DNA of 59,579 nucleotides, counting the filler. It is 5 parts of 5 records of this genome, joined end to end, with 100 filler letters (N's around TTAATTAATTAA, not from the genome) between each part and the next. Parts side by side here need not be neighbours in the genome. Positions count along the whole stretch, not along the records: positions 1 to 10,469 come from SRR31156797_17164; positions 10,570 to 19,059 come from SRR31156797_17166; 3 more parts are not named here. One strand, 5' to 3'. The notes beneath the pieces were generated by a model. It did not search any database, was not told the DNA's origin, and saw only the letters and a program-made list of their open reading frames with translations. The position numbers and the translations under genes were made by a program. Shown piece after piece: positions 1 to 11,112 of this stretch. How positions within the stretch are numbered: position 1 is the stretch's first letter; the number at the start of each line of letters is the position of its first letter.

Positions 1-1
1 C

Positions 2-319
2 ATGATGATGACCAACTTCATCATGAACGTCGCGGCCATCGCCATATCGTTACCGGTTGCCCTCGTTATCGCGCCTTACCTCGGCGTGGCTCCCGAAGTC
101 ATCCTGTACGCCTCTCTGGTTGTTGCTGGTATGCCCTTCCTGCTCCTCGTCGGCGCGGCTCCCAACGCCATCGCCTACGACTCCGGACAGTTCACCACTG
201 GTGAATTCTTCGGCTGGGGCGTTCCCGCTTCCATCCTGCTGATGGTCGTTGTCGGTATCGCAATCCTCGTCATCTGGCCGATTATGGGTATGCCCATCAC
301 TCTGCCCGCAGGCGGTTAA
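2..319 (+). CDS. SLC13/DASS family anion:sodium symporter, C-terminal part (5' truncated by window edge)
   Basis: Hydrophobic helices with TNFIMNVA and PFLLLVGAAPNAIAY, matching the second SNT/PPNAI-type motifs of DASS transporters. Confidence 0.8.
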   Translation: MMMTNFIMNVAAIAISLPVALVIAPYLGVAPEVILYASLVVAGMPFLLLVGAAPNAIAYDSGQFTTGEFFGWGVPASILLMVVVGIAILVIWPIMGMPITLPAGG

Positions 320-350
320 CAGTCGACAGTTTGTATAAGACAATATAATA

Positions 351-386
351 ACGGCTGCCATGTTCGATGCATGGCAGCCGTCTTTT
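351..386 (+). terminator. Hairpin after DASS gene, possible intrinsic terminator or mRNA-stabilising stem
   Basis: ACGGCTGCCATG-7nt-CATGGCAGCCGT perfect 12-bp stem followed by CTTTT. Confidence 0.6.
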
Positions 387-414
387 CATAAAACATAAAA
401 CCCACGTGAGAATC

Positions 415-1836
415 ATGGAAAAACTCGAAGCCCTCTTTGATCACATCGCGGCCCGGGTCAACGTCAACTTAAAGCCCATGGGCATTGACGTTCGCCCCCT
501 GCTCAATAATGCTATCCCCAGAGAGAGTCATCTCCTCTATTATGCGTTTTATGCTCTGACCGAAGACCATCCTATTAGCTTCAAATTCACCAACTCCAAT
601 CTCTCCGGTTCTTATTTTCTCGGCAAAACCCAAGTTGATCGCTCCGTCCTGTACAAATCAGACATTCGCGGAGATGAACTCAAACAAAAAGGTGATGTTG
701 TTGAATTCAACGGCGTCAAAACCAAACTCTTCTACGATGAAGTCATCCGCATCATCAACTCCTTCCTGGTCAAAACACTGGTTCATAACCAATCAAAAAA
801 CCCGGAAATCCCAGAAGTCTTTCGCATCTTGAACACTGTCGCCATGCACTACTCGAATATCCACGGGACTACGACTGAAGGTGTCTACCTCGGCCCCTTC
901 TCCACCGTTGACCTTTCAGTCATGCACAATTGCGTTGTCGGTGACTTTGCCTATGTTCAGGCAGGTGATCTCTCCCGTGTAACCATCGAACCTGGCCGCG
1001 TATGGGTCAAAGCCGGTGACTTGTTTGAATTCAATTATGTCTATCCTGAGGGCGTAGTGGAAAAATACGTCAAACTTGATGAAAACGGCAAACTCTCAGG
1101 ACAGTTTATCGAATACGTGGATGACTTCAAAGAAGACTTCGTCCCAATCTATTCCACTGCCGCACCTGAAACAGACGTTGTCATTCCCGAATCTGCCTAT
1201 GTCAGTCCCTATGCGGTCATCAAGGGACACTGCGAAATCGGTGAAAACGCTCTCATCGTTCAACGAGCTCACATCGAAAACTCCATCATCGGCGAAGGTG
1301 CCAACGCACAGGAGAATTGCTACATCAGAGACTCCATATTCGAAGGCAACAACGTCACAGCCCACGGCGGTAAGGTCATCCATACCCGCAACGGCAAAAA
1401 TGTATTTGTTGGATTCAATTCCTTCGTCCACGGCACAGAATCTTGTCCTATCGTAATTGGCAAAGATTCCATCGTCATGCCCCATACTATAATTGATGCC
1501 GAAGAGCCTATCGAAATACCTGAAAATTCGGCAATCTGGGGATACGTTACCAAGCAAGCCGATCTCGCAACTCAGTGCGTTAATCTTGATGATCTGGCAA
1601 AAACAACTGAAATAACCCTCGGTAATGCCACATTCAAGGGTGATGGCATGGCTTTTGTAGAAGCATTCAAGCATCGCATTGATCACATCCGTGAAGAAAA
1701 CGGTGCATATTTCGACGGCTCGGATAAAACCCGCGGCCATGCACAGAAGACTCAGGACGCATGCTTCAACATCCTCCAGCCCTTCCAGTCCGGGCCGGAA
1801 GCAGGTATGTATCCTACCATGACAATCGGCGACTAG
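415..1836 (+). CDS. Left-handed beta-helix (hexapeptide repeat) protein with two gamma-carbonic-anhydrase-like domains
   Basis: Hexapeptide repeats; motifs IRGDE, LVH, HYSNIHG, NAQEN. Start moved to ATG 415 (MEKLEALF) because the ORF-track start lies inside the upstream hairpin. Confidence 0.65.
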   Translation: MEKLEALFDHIAARVNVNLKPMGIDVRPLLNNAIPRESHLLYYAFYALTEDHPISFKFTNSNLSGSYFLGKTQVDRSVLYKSDIRGDELKQKGDVVEFNGVKTKLFYDEVIRIINSFLVKTLVHNQSKNPEIPEVFRILNTVAMHYSNIHGTTTEGVYLGPFSTVDLSVMHNCVVGDFAYVQAGDLSRVTIEPGRVWVKAGDLFEFNYVYPEGVVEKYVKLDENGKLSGQFIEYVDDFKEDFVPIYSTAAPETDVVIPESAYVSPYAVIKGHCEIGENALIVQRAHIENSIIGEGANAQENCYIRDSIFEGNNVTAHGGKVIHTRNGKNVFVGFNSFVHGTESCPIVIGKDSIVMPHTIIDAEEPIEIPENSAIWGYVTKQADLATQCVNLDDLAKTTEITLGNATFKGDGMAFVEAFKHRIDHIREENGAYFDGSDKTRGHAQKTQDACFNILQPFQSGPEAGMYPTMTIGD

Positions 1837-1887
1837 ACTGTCTGGAAATCGCCACGGTATTCACTTCGATTTGAGGAGAAAGTAACA

Positions 1888-3507
1888 ATGTCCCAATCCC
1901 TGACCCAGGCCTTTGGCAGAAACTTTCTCGGCAATGCGCCGAGCTGGTACAAGTTAGCCATCCTGGCCTTTCTTGTCATCAACCCGATTCTTGTCTACAC
2001 CGTCGGTCCGTTTATAGCGGGCTGGGTGTTAATCGCCGAATTCATCTTCACCCTGGCAATGGCACTAAAATGCTATCCGTTGCCTCCGGGTGGTCTGCTG
2101 GCTATTCAGGCGGTTTTTCTCGGGCTAACTGAACCGGCAACGGTTTATCATGAAGCACTCAACAACTTTGAGGTCATCCTGCTGTTGATCTTCATGGTCG
2201 CAGGCATCTACTTCATGAAAGACTTCCTGCAATTCACCTTCACCCGTATCCTGACCAAAGTACGCTCAAAAATCGTCATCTCTCTGCTGTTCTGTTTTGC
2301 AGGTGCATTCCTGTCCGCCTTCCTTGATGCCTTGACCGTTACCGCTGTCATCATCGCCGTGGCTTACGGGTTTTATAATGTCTATCACCGATATGCTTCC
2401 GGCAAAACAATGAGCTGTTCCCATGACCTCTGTTCTGATGAGGCCGTCAAAGAGGCAGCCCGCCAAGAACTTTTGGACTTTCGGGCCTTCCTGCGCAATC
2501 TGATGATGCACGGCGCAGTCGGTACCGCCCTCGGTGGTGTCTGCACTATCGTTGGTGAACCGCAGAACTTACTCATCGGCTCTGAAATGGGCTGGCACTT
2601 TATTCCCTTCTTCCTCAAGGTTGCCCCGGTCTCCATGCCCGTACTTGTTACTGGCTTGCTGACCTGCATTGTTGTGGAAAAATTCCATATCTTCGGTTAC
2701 GGCGCACAAATGCCGGGCAACATCCGCTCACACCTGCTTGAAACCGCCATCCAGATGGAAGAAAAACGCGGCATGCGCGGCAAGGCCAAATTGATTGTTC
2801 AGGCGCTGATCGGCATCTGGCTGATCGTTGCCTTGGCCATGCACTTGGCTGCGGTCGGTATCATCGGCTTGTCCGTTATCGTTCTGCTGACCTGTTTCAA
2901 CGGTTTCACTGATGAACACCAACTTGGGCCGGCATTTGAAGAGGCTTTGCCTTTCACCGCCCTGCTCGTGGTCTTCTTCTCCATTGTCGGCGTCATCCAT
3001 GATCAGCATCTGTTTGCTCCGGTCATGGACGTCGTGCTGTCCATGCAGGGACAAGCTCAGCTTGCCGCCTATTATGTAGCTAACGGTGTTCTGTCCATGA
3101 TTTCGGACAACGTGTTCGTGGCGACCGTGTATATCTCGGAAACCAAAATGCACTTCACTAACCTGCTTGGTACCGTCCCCGGCGTGGAAGACAGTGTCGC
3201 TCTTATGGAAAGGTTGACTGACGGTCATCTGGACCGTGCACAGACCATCTCGACTCTGCCCGCAGCCATTCAGGGACAGGTCTCCGACATGATGAATCAC
3301 TTCGACAAGCTGGCTGTCGCCATCAACACGGGTACGAACATCCCGTCCGTGGCAACTCCCAACGGTCAGGCCGCCTTCCTGTTCCTGTTGACCTCGGCTT
3401 TGGCCCCGGTCATCAGGCTTTCATACGGCCGCATGGTTGTATTGGCTCTGCCTTACACCATTACAATGTCAATAATGGGTCTCGTTGCCACTTACTACTT
3501 CATGTAG
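1888..3507 (+). CDS. nhaB: Na+/H+ antiporter NhaB
   Basis: [35 protein letters not shown] and [18 protein letters not shown] are NhaB signatures; SD GAGGAG upstream. Confidence 0.95.
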   Translation: MSQSLTQAFGRNFLGNAPSWYKLAILAFLVINPILVYTVGPFIAGWVLIAEFIFTLAMALKCYPLPPGGLLAIQAVFLGLTEPATVYHEALNNFEVILLLIFMVAGIYFMKDFLQFTFTRILTKVRSKIVISLLFCFAGAFLSAFLDALTVTAVIIAVAYGFYNVYHRYASGKTMSCSHDLCSDEAVKEAARQELLDFRAFLRNLMMHGAVGTALGGVCTIVGEPQNLLIGSEMGWHFIPFFLKVAPVSMPVLVTGLLTCIVVEKFHIFGYGAQMPGNIRSHLLETAIQMEEKRGMRGKAKLIVQALIGIWLIVALAMHLAAVGIIGLSVIVLLTCFNGFTDEHQLGPAFEEALPFTALLVVFFSIVGVIHDQHLFAPVMDVVLSMQGQAQLAAYYVANGVLSMISDNVFVATVYISETKMHFTNLLGTVPGVEDSVALMERLTDGHLDRAQTISTLPAAIQGQVSDMMNHFDKLAVAINTGTNIPSVATPNGQAAFLFLLTSALAPVIRLSYGRMVVLALPYTITMSIMGLVATYYFM

Positions 3508-3520
3508 TTCAAACGCACAA

Positions 3521-3565
3521 AAAATAGAAAAGGGTCCGCACTATGTGCGGACCCTTTTCTATTTT
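3521..3565. terminator. Bidirectional intrinsic terminator
   Basis: AAAATAGAAAAGGGTCCGCA-CTATG-TGCGGACCCTTTTCTATTTT perfect 20-bp inverted repeat between convergent genes. Confidence 0.85.
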
Positions 3566-3717
3566 GCAGAGGCTCATCTTAAAAATAAACAAAGCGCACC
3601 ATTCTCAACATGGTACGCTTTATTGACTGAGTTAAGACATAACCAATCATGTGGTCCTCAGTGTAACCAAGGCCATATATTTCGACAAATATGTCGCTCA
3701 AATATCAAACAGGTCCG

Positions 3718-4095
3718 CTAGGCATCATTCACTTTGGGAGATTCAGTCAAATGTTCCTTGCACAGCCATATAAGAGACTGATGCTTAGTATCGAAATGAG
3801 GATGAACACCATGATTCGTTCCACAAACAGCGCACGTGTGTTCAGCTTCCCATTCGCATTGCGGATAGCAATCCATATTGTTGAGCATCTGATTGAACCG
3901 GCTGATAATAGGAAACATCGGATGATCCGCATGTCTCCGCCGGTCCTTGCTGTTCAGTTTCCCATTATCATTCACTTTGACCGTAATCATACGTGAACGA
4001 TTGATGAGGCCTTCCTTCTTGTTCATGACAATCTTGGTCGGCTCTTCCCAACGACAAATAATCCGTTTTCGGTCCTGATCAAAACGCATAGACAT
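3718..4095 (-). CDS. Hypothetical protein (125 aa) with C-terminal Cys/His zinc-finger, HNH-like motif
   Basis: SD AAGGAGG 5 nt before ATG 4095; CAVCG...HPH...LCKEH. Confidence 0.7.
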   Translation of the reverse strand: MSMRFDQDRKRIICRWEEPTKIVMNKKEGLINRSRMITVKVNDNGKLNSKDRRRHADHPMFPIISRFNQMLNNMDCYPQCEWEAEHTCAVCGTNHGVHPHFDTKHQSLIWLCKEHLTESPKVNDA

Positions 4096-4201
4096 GGCAT
4101 CCTCCTTAGCGCGGCTTATAGTTCCTTCCCTGCCGCGTTCGTTTGGATTCACACCGCCGTGCATCATCCTCTCTGAAACCGATTCAACCCAATCCTTTTT
4201 T

Positions 4202-4504
4202 CTAGACGACATAGTCCAAAGCCTTACGGCCCGCTGCAACCTTCTTCACGAAAGCTACACACGCCTGGTGCTCAGGATGGCCCTGATAATGATTCAAAGC
4301 ATCCACGTCATCATGTTCCGAACACAAAACAATATGGCATTCCGGCTCAGCAGCAACAATTTCACAACTCACCTCAATGTGCTGCAACCCTTCAATACGT
4401 CCGTTAAGCAATTCCAGCATCTCTTTCATTTTTGCCCCGTTCTCCTGGGCAGATGCTCCTTCAGCTTCCTCTTTCAATGTCCACATGACGATATGTTTGA
4501 CCAT
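4202..4504 (-). CDS. Dabb family stress-responsive A/B barrel protein
   Basis: MVKHIVMWTLK...YQGHPEHQ...ALDY pattern; start ATG 4504 after AGGAAG. Confidence 0.9.
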   Translation of the reverse strand: MVKHIVMWTLKEEAEGASAQENGAKMKEMLELLNGRIEGLQHIEVSCEIVAAEPECHIVLCSEHDDVDALNHYQGHPEHQACVAFVKKVAAGRKALDYVV

Positions 4505-4776
4505 TGTTCTTCCTAATTTTTTATCAATAATTACAAAATAATAGCCGAAACGCCGAAAAAAGGACATTTGTATACTTAATTCACAATAAGCATTTTCGAA
4601 CTATTTGTCACCCTATCCCGTCAAATACAGAATAAAAGAGTGATGCCTGCAACCATATACAAACCACTCTGATGAAAAGGAGAAAACTTGACATTGTCAG
4701 CCAAAGGCCCATCCTTTGCATATGCTCCAAGTAGTTTAGAAACACTTTGCATGAAAGGTGCCACCACCGAGGATAT

Positions 4777-7419
4777 ATGAATAAATTTAAATGGACTTTA
4801 CTTGTTTTTGCCATGGTCTGGTTGCTGCCCCCATTGGCCGCAGCAGAAAAACCAAAGAAAAGTGTCCTATACCTCAATTCCTACCACCATGGGTACAGGT
4901 GGTCGGACTCAATCCTTGAAGGCGTCCGCTCAGTGCTGGACAAAAGCCAATACAAAATCGACCTCCAAATTGAATATATGGATGCCAAGCGGTATAATTA
5001 TGAAGACGTAACCGCTTTGTTCCTACGACTCTATAAAGAAAAATTCGCGAACAAACAGTTTGACGCGGTCATGGTCTCAGACAATGACGCTTTCACCTTT
5101 GCCAGCCAATATAGAAATGAATTGTTCCCGGGAGTTCCAATCATTTTCAGCGGCGTTAATGACTTGAAAGCCAACGACTTGAAAGAGGATAACATCACCG
5201 GCGTTGTTGAGTTATTCGACATGGCAAAAACTCTGGAAGTTGCGTTAAAACTTCATCCTGAAAAAAAACGTATGGTCGTAGTCGGCGACTCATCCACGGC
5301 TGGAACAACCATCAAGCATCAAATCGAAGCCGTTGTTCCACAATTTAAAAACAGACTCACCGTTGATTACTGGATAGATATGTCCATGCGAACCGTTCTG
5401 GACCGCGTGAGTACACTTCCAAAAGATACATTCCTGTTCGCCATTCCATCTTATCAGGTCATTAATGGTCGCTTTTCAACAGCTCAGGAAGTTGTCGAAT
5501 CCATTTATGAATATTCCAGCGTTCCCATTTACACTTGCTGGGAATTCCTCCTTGGTCACGGCACTGTTGGTGGCCGCATGATTTCTGGATATCTCCATGG
5601 CCAAACAGCCGCAAAGGTGGCTCTCAAAGTACTCAGCGGCATTCCGGCGGATTCCATTAAGATAAATCGAACACCAATGGGTGAATATCTTTTTGATTAC
5701 AACGTGATGCAACGACTCAAAATCCAAGAAAACCAACTTCCCAAAGGCAGCCGAATTATTAATGCACCCAAAGCATTTTACGAACTGCCAAAAGAACTTT
5801 TTTGGACAATCATGATCAGTTTCGCCCTCCTCCTGCTTGTTCTCATATTCCTGATCATGGGCATGATTGAACGTCGTAAAGTCGAACGAAAAGTCAAAGA
5901 CCAACTGGCCTTCCAACAAACCCTGATGGACACTGTTCCCCAACTGGTTTCATGGAAAGACGTGAATGGCCGTTATCTTGGGACAAACCGCGCATTCGCT
6001 GAGTTTTTCGGAATGGAAAGCAGTCATAATGCAAACAACAAGACCTCCCGAGATGTCATGCGGGATCCTGATTACATTGACTGGGCGGTGGGTGCAGATC
6101 GGGCAGTTATCCACAACCAACACGCTTTCCGAAAAATCAGACGAAAACTCCTCGACGCCAACGGCGAACCCGCATGGATCGAAGTCAACAAAGTCCCGAT
6201 CAATGATCGTTCCGGCCAGATTGTCGGCGTACTGAGCACGGCTGAAAACATCACGAAAGAACGAAATCTGGAGAAGCAGCTCCTGCAATCCCAAAAGATG
6301 GAAGCCATAGGCACGCTTGCCGGAGGAATTGCACATGATTTCAATAATATATTAACATCCATCATCAACTCTACAGAGTTGGCTGTCAGTGATATCGACC
6401 CGGATACAGTCACTGGCAAAGACTTAAAACGAGTACTCAAGGCTGCTCGACGAGGTGGCCGCGTCGTAAAGCAAATTCTTGCCTTCAGTCGCCCGTCAAC
6501 TGAAGGCTTCAGGTCTACAGACGTAGGTGCAGTCATCACAGAAGTACTTGGGCTTATGGAATCTTCCATGCCTAGAAATATCGAAGTCCGATCGACCATT
6601 GCCTCATCCTTGGCTCACGTACATGCAGACCCCACCCAAATTCATCAGGTTGCGATGAATCTTTGTACCAATTCTTTTCATGCCCTACGTGAAACCGGCG
6701 GTATAATTGATGTTCGTCTGGATCAAGCTGAATTGGCAGAGGATGATGCCGATATGCTCGGATTAACTCCCGGAGAATATGTTCGTCTGGTTATTGAAGA
6801 CAATGGACCGGGTATCCCGCCAGACATACTGGATAAAATCTTTGATCCATTCTTTTCAACCAAAGACAAGACTGAAGGAACCGGTCTCGGACTGGCGGTT
6901 GTGCATGGCATTGTTCGAAGCCATAAAGGCGGACTTCAGGTCACCCCTCGTCGCGGAGGCGGTACTACTTTCTTTATTTACTTGCCAAAATGCGAAGAAA
7001 ATCAAGCAAATAAAGGCCCTGCTAGCAACATGAGTTCTTCGGTCGGTGCCCATATTCTCTTTGTTGAAGATGATCATGACCAATTGCATACGACTCCACG
7101 TCTATTGGAAACCATGGGATGCAAAGTTGTTGCTCTGGATAACGCCGAAGCTGCTGCTGCCATGGTCTCAAATGGTCCGAACTCTTTTGATCTTGTCATT
7201 ACAGATTACGATATGCCCGATGTCAGCGGCACACAGTTGGCTGCTCAATTAGCTGATATTCAACCGAGTCTTCCCATCATTCTCGTTTCTGGACGTGAAG
7301 ATGCAGCAACAGCAGCTGCCCACTTGCCGAATATACAACGGGTGGTTATCAAACCATACGACAAGAAAGATTTATCTCAAGCCATCAACAGCGTATTGAC
7401 CGAGACTGAGGGAGAGTAA
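4777..7419 (+). CDS. lurS: Hybrid sensor histidine kinase (periplasmic substrate-binding domain, TM, PAS, HisKA, HATPase, REC), LurS-like
   Basis: AHDFNNIL H-box, DNGPGI, PFFSTK, GTGLGL, C-terminal REC (VEDD...TDYDMP). Symbol inferred from position upstream of a sigma54 regulator and por, as in the Desulfovibrio lactate-utilisation locus. Confidence 0.8.
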   Translation: MNKFKWTLLVFAMVWLLPPLAAAEKPKKSVLYLNSYHHGYRWSDSILEGVRSVLDKSQYKIDLQIEYMDAKRYNYEDVTALFLRLYKEKFANKQFDAVMVSDNDAFTFASQYRNELFPGVPIIFSGVNDLKANDLKEDNITGVVELFDMAKTLEVALKLHPEKKRMVVVGDSSTAGTTIKHQIEAVVPQFKNRLTVDYWIDMSMRTVLDRVSTLPKDTFLFAIPSYQVINGRFSTAQEVVESIYEYSSVPIYTCWEFLLGHGTVGGRMISGYLHGQTAAKVALKVLSGIPADSIKINRTPMGEYLFDYNVMQRLKIQENQLPKGSRIINAPKAFYELPKELFWTIMISFALLLLVLIFLIMGMIERRKVERKVKDQLAFQQTLMDTVPQLVSWKDVNGRYLGTNRAFAEFFGMESSHNANNKTSRDVMRDPDYIDWAVGADRAVIHNQHAFRKIRRKLLDANGEPAWIEVNKVPINDRSGQIVGVLSTAENITKERNLEKQLLQSQKMEAIGTLAGGIAHDFNNILTSIINSTELAVSDIDPDTVTGKDLKRVLKAARRGGRVVKQILAFSRPSTEGFRSTDVGAVITEVLGLMESSMPRNIEVRSTIASSLAHVHADPTQIHQVAMNLCTNSFHALRETGGIIDVRLDQAELAEDDADMLGLTPGEYVRLVIEDNGPGIPPDILDKIFDPFFSTKDKTEGTGLGLAVVHGIVRSHKGGLQVTPRRGGGTTFFIYLPKCEENQANKGPASNMSSSVGAHILFVEDDHDQLHTTPRLLETMGCKVVALDNAEAAAAMVSNGPNSFDLVITDYDMPDVSGTQLAAQLADIQPSLPIILVSGREDAATAAAHLPNIQRVVIKPYDKKDLSQAINSVLTETEGE

Positions 7420-7422
7420 CAA

Positions 7423-8865
7423 GTGGCCCGGATTCTCATTATAGACGACGACTTTGAAATCTGTGAGACCATGGAAAGTCTGATAACCAGACTCACTCAC
7501 GAATGTGCTTCAGCGCACACCATGGATGAAGGCATGCGCCAGGCCAGTAAAAGCGAATTTGACGTAATATTCCTTGATGTCAGTTTGCCCGACGGCAACG
7601 GGCTGAACATACTGCCTGATATCATGGCCCTGCCCAATCCGCCCGAAGTCATCATTTTAACGGGCAAAGGCGACCCTGATGGAGCTGAACTGGCTATCAA
7701 AGGCGGTGCTTGGGATTATCTACTCAAACCTTCCAGCATCCGTGAAATATCGCTCACCCTTGGTCGTGCTCTGAAATATCATGAGAAAAAAGGCGGAGCC
7801 AACAGTATTGGTTCTCTGGATCTGACCGGTGTTGTTGGCGAAAGCCCAAGCATTAAAGCAAGCTTCAACCTTCTCTCTCAAGCGGCCCGGTCTGATTCCA
7901 ATGCCCTTATTACCGGACAAACCGGCACAGGCAAGGAACTGTTCGCAGCGACAATCCATGAAAATTCAAAACGAAAATCCGGCAACTTTGTCGTAGTGGA
8001 CTGCGCAGGCCTTACGGAATCTCTATTGGAATCAACTTTATATGGTCACCGTAAAGGCGCTTTTACTGGTGCGCAAAAAGACCGCATCGGGTTGATTAAA
8101 CTCGCTGACCACGGAACACTTTTCCTTGATGAAGTTGGCGAGATGCCACTCTCCATGCAAAAAGCTTTTCTCAGAGTCCTTCAAGAACGGACTTTCCGCC
8201 CAGTGGGTGACACTCGGGAACAAACCAGTAATTTCAGGCTGGTGGCAGCAACAAATCGCAATCTCGATGACATGGTCGACAAAGGGGAATTTCGTTCTGA
8301 CCTACTTTACAGACTCAAAACAATGCATATTCATCTGCCGCCCCTCATGGATCGGCCTGAAGATATCCGCGCCCTCAGTGTCTTCCGTGTACAACAGCTC
8401 TGCAAACAATACGGGATGGAACCCAAAACGCTTGGGTCCGACTTTCACCCGGCTTTAGCAAGCTACAATTGGCCTGGTAACGTTCGAGAATTATTCAACA
8501 CATTGGAACGGGCTGTGGTCGCATCTGGCGATGAAAAAACGCTGTACGCCATGCATCTTCCACGAGAACTCCGTATCAAGATGGCCAAAGCACAAATCGA
8601 ACGCATGACTGGCACAGAAGTCGTATCCGACAAAGCGGACACCACGGTCGCTGAGCCAGTCCGAAAAATTGGACAAGACATATTTGAAGACATTTTCGAT
8701 CAGGAATTGCCCACCCTCAGAGACTTCAAAGGCATGGCAGAAAAAATATATCTTGGCGAACTCATTCGACAATGTGGTGGAGATCTCGCAAAAATACTTA
8801 TTACATCCAAACTATCTCGATCTCATTTCTATAGCCTGCTCAAAAAGTACGGCCTTTCGCTTTAA
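7423..8865 (+). CDS. lurR: NtrC-family sigma54-dependent response regulator, LurR-like
   Basis: N-terminal REC, GQTGTGKE Walker A, GAFTGA, LFLDE, WPGNVRE, C-terminal HTH; symbol from synteny with por. Confidence 0.8.
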   Translation: MARILIIDDDFEICETMESLITRLTHECASAHTMDEGMRQASKSEFDVIFLDVSLPDGNGLNILPDIMALPNPPEVIILTGKGDPDGAELAIKGGAWDYLLKPSSIREISLTLGRALKYHEKKGGANSIGSLDLTGVVGESPSIKASFNLLSQAARSDSNALITGQTGTGKELFAATIHENSKRKSGNFVVVDCAGLTESLLESTLYGHRKGAFTGAQKDRIGLIKLADHGTLFLDEVGEMPLSMQKAFLRVLQERTFRPVGDTREQTSNFRLVAATNRNLDDMVDKGEFRSDLLYRLKTMHIHLPPLMDRPEDIRALSVFRVQQLCKQYGMEPKTLGSDFHPALASYNWPGNVRELFNTLERAVVASGDEKTLYAMHLPRELRIKMAKAQIERMTGTEVVSDKADTTVAEPVRKIGQDIFEDIFDQELPTLRDFKGMAEKIYLGELIRQCGGDLAKILITSKLSRSHFYSLLKKYGLSL

Positions 8866-8876
8866 AGGAACTTTCA

Positions 8877-9434
8877 ATGGCAAAATTCAACTCATATTGT
8901 GAAGCATGCTGGACTCTCGATGAAACGGACGTAGACAAAATCTATCACGACACCCAATACGGTTTTCCCATAGAAGATGATAACGAACTGTTCGGACGAC
9001 TGATTCTGGAAATCAATCAAGCAGGACTCAGTTGGCGTACCATCCTCAATAAACAGGAAAATTTTCGCAAAGCGTATAATCAATACGATATCGAAACCAT
9101 TGCCAATTATGGAGAGGAAGACAGATCACGTCTGCTCAGCGACGCCGGAATCATCCGCAACCGTTTGAAAATTGGTGCTGCCATTCACAACGCAAATGCT
9201 CTTCTTATTTTAAAAAAGGAACACGGTTCCTTCAAAGGCTGGCTGGACACGCATCACCCACTCAGTAAAGAAGAGTGGGTTAAATTGTTCAAAAAACATT
9301 TCAAATTCGTTGGTGGCGAAATTGTCAATGAATTCTTGATGAGTAGCGGTTATTTACACGGTGCGCACATCGACTCTTGTCCCACATATAAAAAAGTACT
9401 TGATCAAAATCCAGCTTGGGCCACTGTAAAATAA
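8877..9434 (+). CDS. tag: DNA-3-methyladenine glycosylase I
   Basis: YHDTQYG, LEINQAGLSW, GIIRNRLKI, FKFVG, H-x3-C zinc motif. Confidence 0.93.
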   Translation: MAKFNSYCEACWTLDETDVDKIYHDTQYGFPIEDDNELFGRLILEINQAGLSWRTILNKQENFRKAYNQYDIETIANYGEEDRSRLLSDAGIIRNRLKIGAAIHNANALLILKKEHGSFKGWLDTHHPLSKEEWVKLFKKHFKFVGGEIVNEFLMSSGYLHGAHIDSCPTYKKVLDQNPAWATVK

Positions 9435-9476
9435 CAAATTTTTCTTCACGTAGCACACACTACAAATTCATTAATT

Positions 9477-9515
9477 GAAGGGCGAGTCTGAAAATTCAGA
9501 CTTGTCCTTTTTTTC
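9477..9515 (+). terminator. Intrinsic terminator after tag, overlapping a candidate activator site
   Basis: AAGGGCGAGTCTGAA-AA-TTCAGACTTGTCCTT stem with G-U pairs, followed by a T run. Confidence 0.65.
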
Positions 9516-9594
9516 ATGCAACACAAATTATCATGTCCAACCCCTGCTATTCCTGTATTTTCAAATAAACGACTCCCCTCTTTCTCAATTCTCT

Positions 9595-9612
9595 TGTCCT
9601 ATTTTTCAGACT
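9595..9612. promoter_or_regulatory. Candidate enhancer-binding-protein (LurR) site GTC-N10-GAC
   Basis: TGTCCTATTTTTCAGACT; similar copy AGTCTGAAAATTCAGACT at 9485-9502; about 85 and 195 bp upstream of the sigma54 promoter. Confidence 0.5.
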
Positions 9613-9695
9613 GACATCACTATGCCCTTCATGTTCAAAAAAACAAAAAAACCATAACTACCCGTTTTTACGCGATAAAACACTATTTTACTTAG

Positions 9696-10469
<774 letters not shown>

Positions 10470-10569
10470 NNNNNNNNNNNNNNNNNNNNNNNNNNNNNNN
10501 NNNNNNNNNNNNNTTAATTAATTAANNNNNNNNNNNNNNNNNNNNNNNNNNNNNNNNNNNNNNNNNNNN
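10470..10569. other. Artificial contig spacer
   Basis: 44 N + TTAATTAATTAA (stops in all six frames) + 44 N; genes truncated on both sides; base composition changes abruptly. Confidence 0.98.
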
Positions 10570-11064
10570 ATTCGCCTGCCATATCATGTTAAGCATCTGT
10601 TTCTTAAATTTAAACAAAGTAGGATGTAACTCTTTCATCATCTCAACCAGTTTCTTCCACTCTTCCAATTTCTTGTTATCAATTTTACCTCCATCTAATA
10701 GGTGCAGTTTTGCCAGTAGGGAATTAATATAAATCTGCTCATTTTCAATTAGGTAGTTTCTTGCTTTTATCCCCTGCTCGTTATTCTCGAGCATGCAAAG
10801 CTCTTTTGCCATATTCACAGTTACGAAGTAGTCTTTTTGATAGCCATTATTTACCATAGCACTTGCATCACTGATTGTTTCTACTATTTCACCTGTCTCA
10901 TTATCCACCCATACTTCTCTGTAATCTTTATCGATCTCATACGAGTATTTCTCAACTCTGCCTCGTATCCATGATGCAAAAACGCGCCCTACCTCCATAT
11001 AGCTATGAAGTTCCTTTGATGACAGCATTCTGCCACTTGTTGTTTCTCTTGTTTGTAGTAACAT
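10570..11064 (-). CDS. AntA/AntB family phage antirepressor (3' truncated)
   Basis: SSKELHSYMEV..FASWI..R...Y.....DY and YFVTVNMAKELCMLENNEQGIKARNYLIENE; SD AGGAGG. Confidence 0.88.
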
Positions 11065-11112
11065 GCACTTCCTCCTTTTTTATAAAGTCCACAATATTGT
11101 AATTTTGGGGGA

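Noticed and set aside
1096-3300. Long antisense ORFs (1096-1740, 2728-3300 and similar throughout)
   Set aside because: Shadows of well-supported genes on the opposite strand with no recognisable motifs
4688-4699. TTGACATTGTCA palindrome and -35-like hexamer upstream of the sensor kinase
   Set aside because: No convincing -10 at correct spacing and only a 5-bp arm; could be chance
10514-10525. TTAATTAATTAA palindrome recurring four times
   Set aside because: Always centred in 88 Ns; an assembly linker, not a biological repeat
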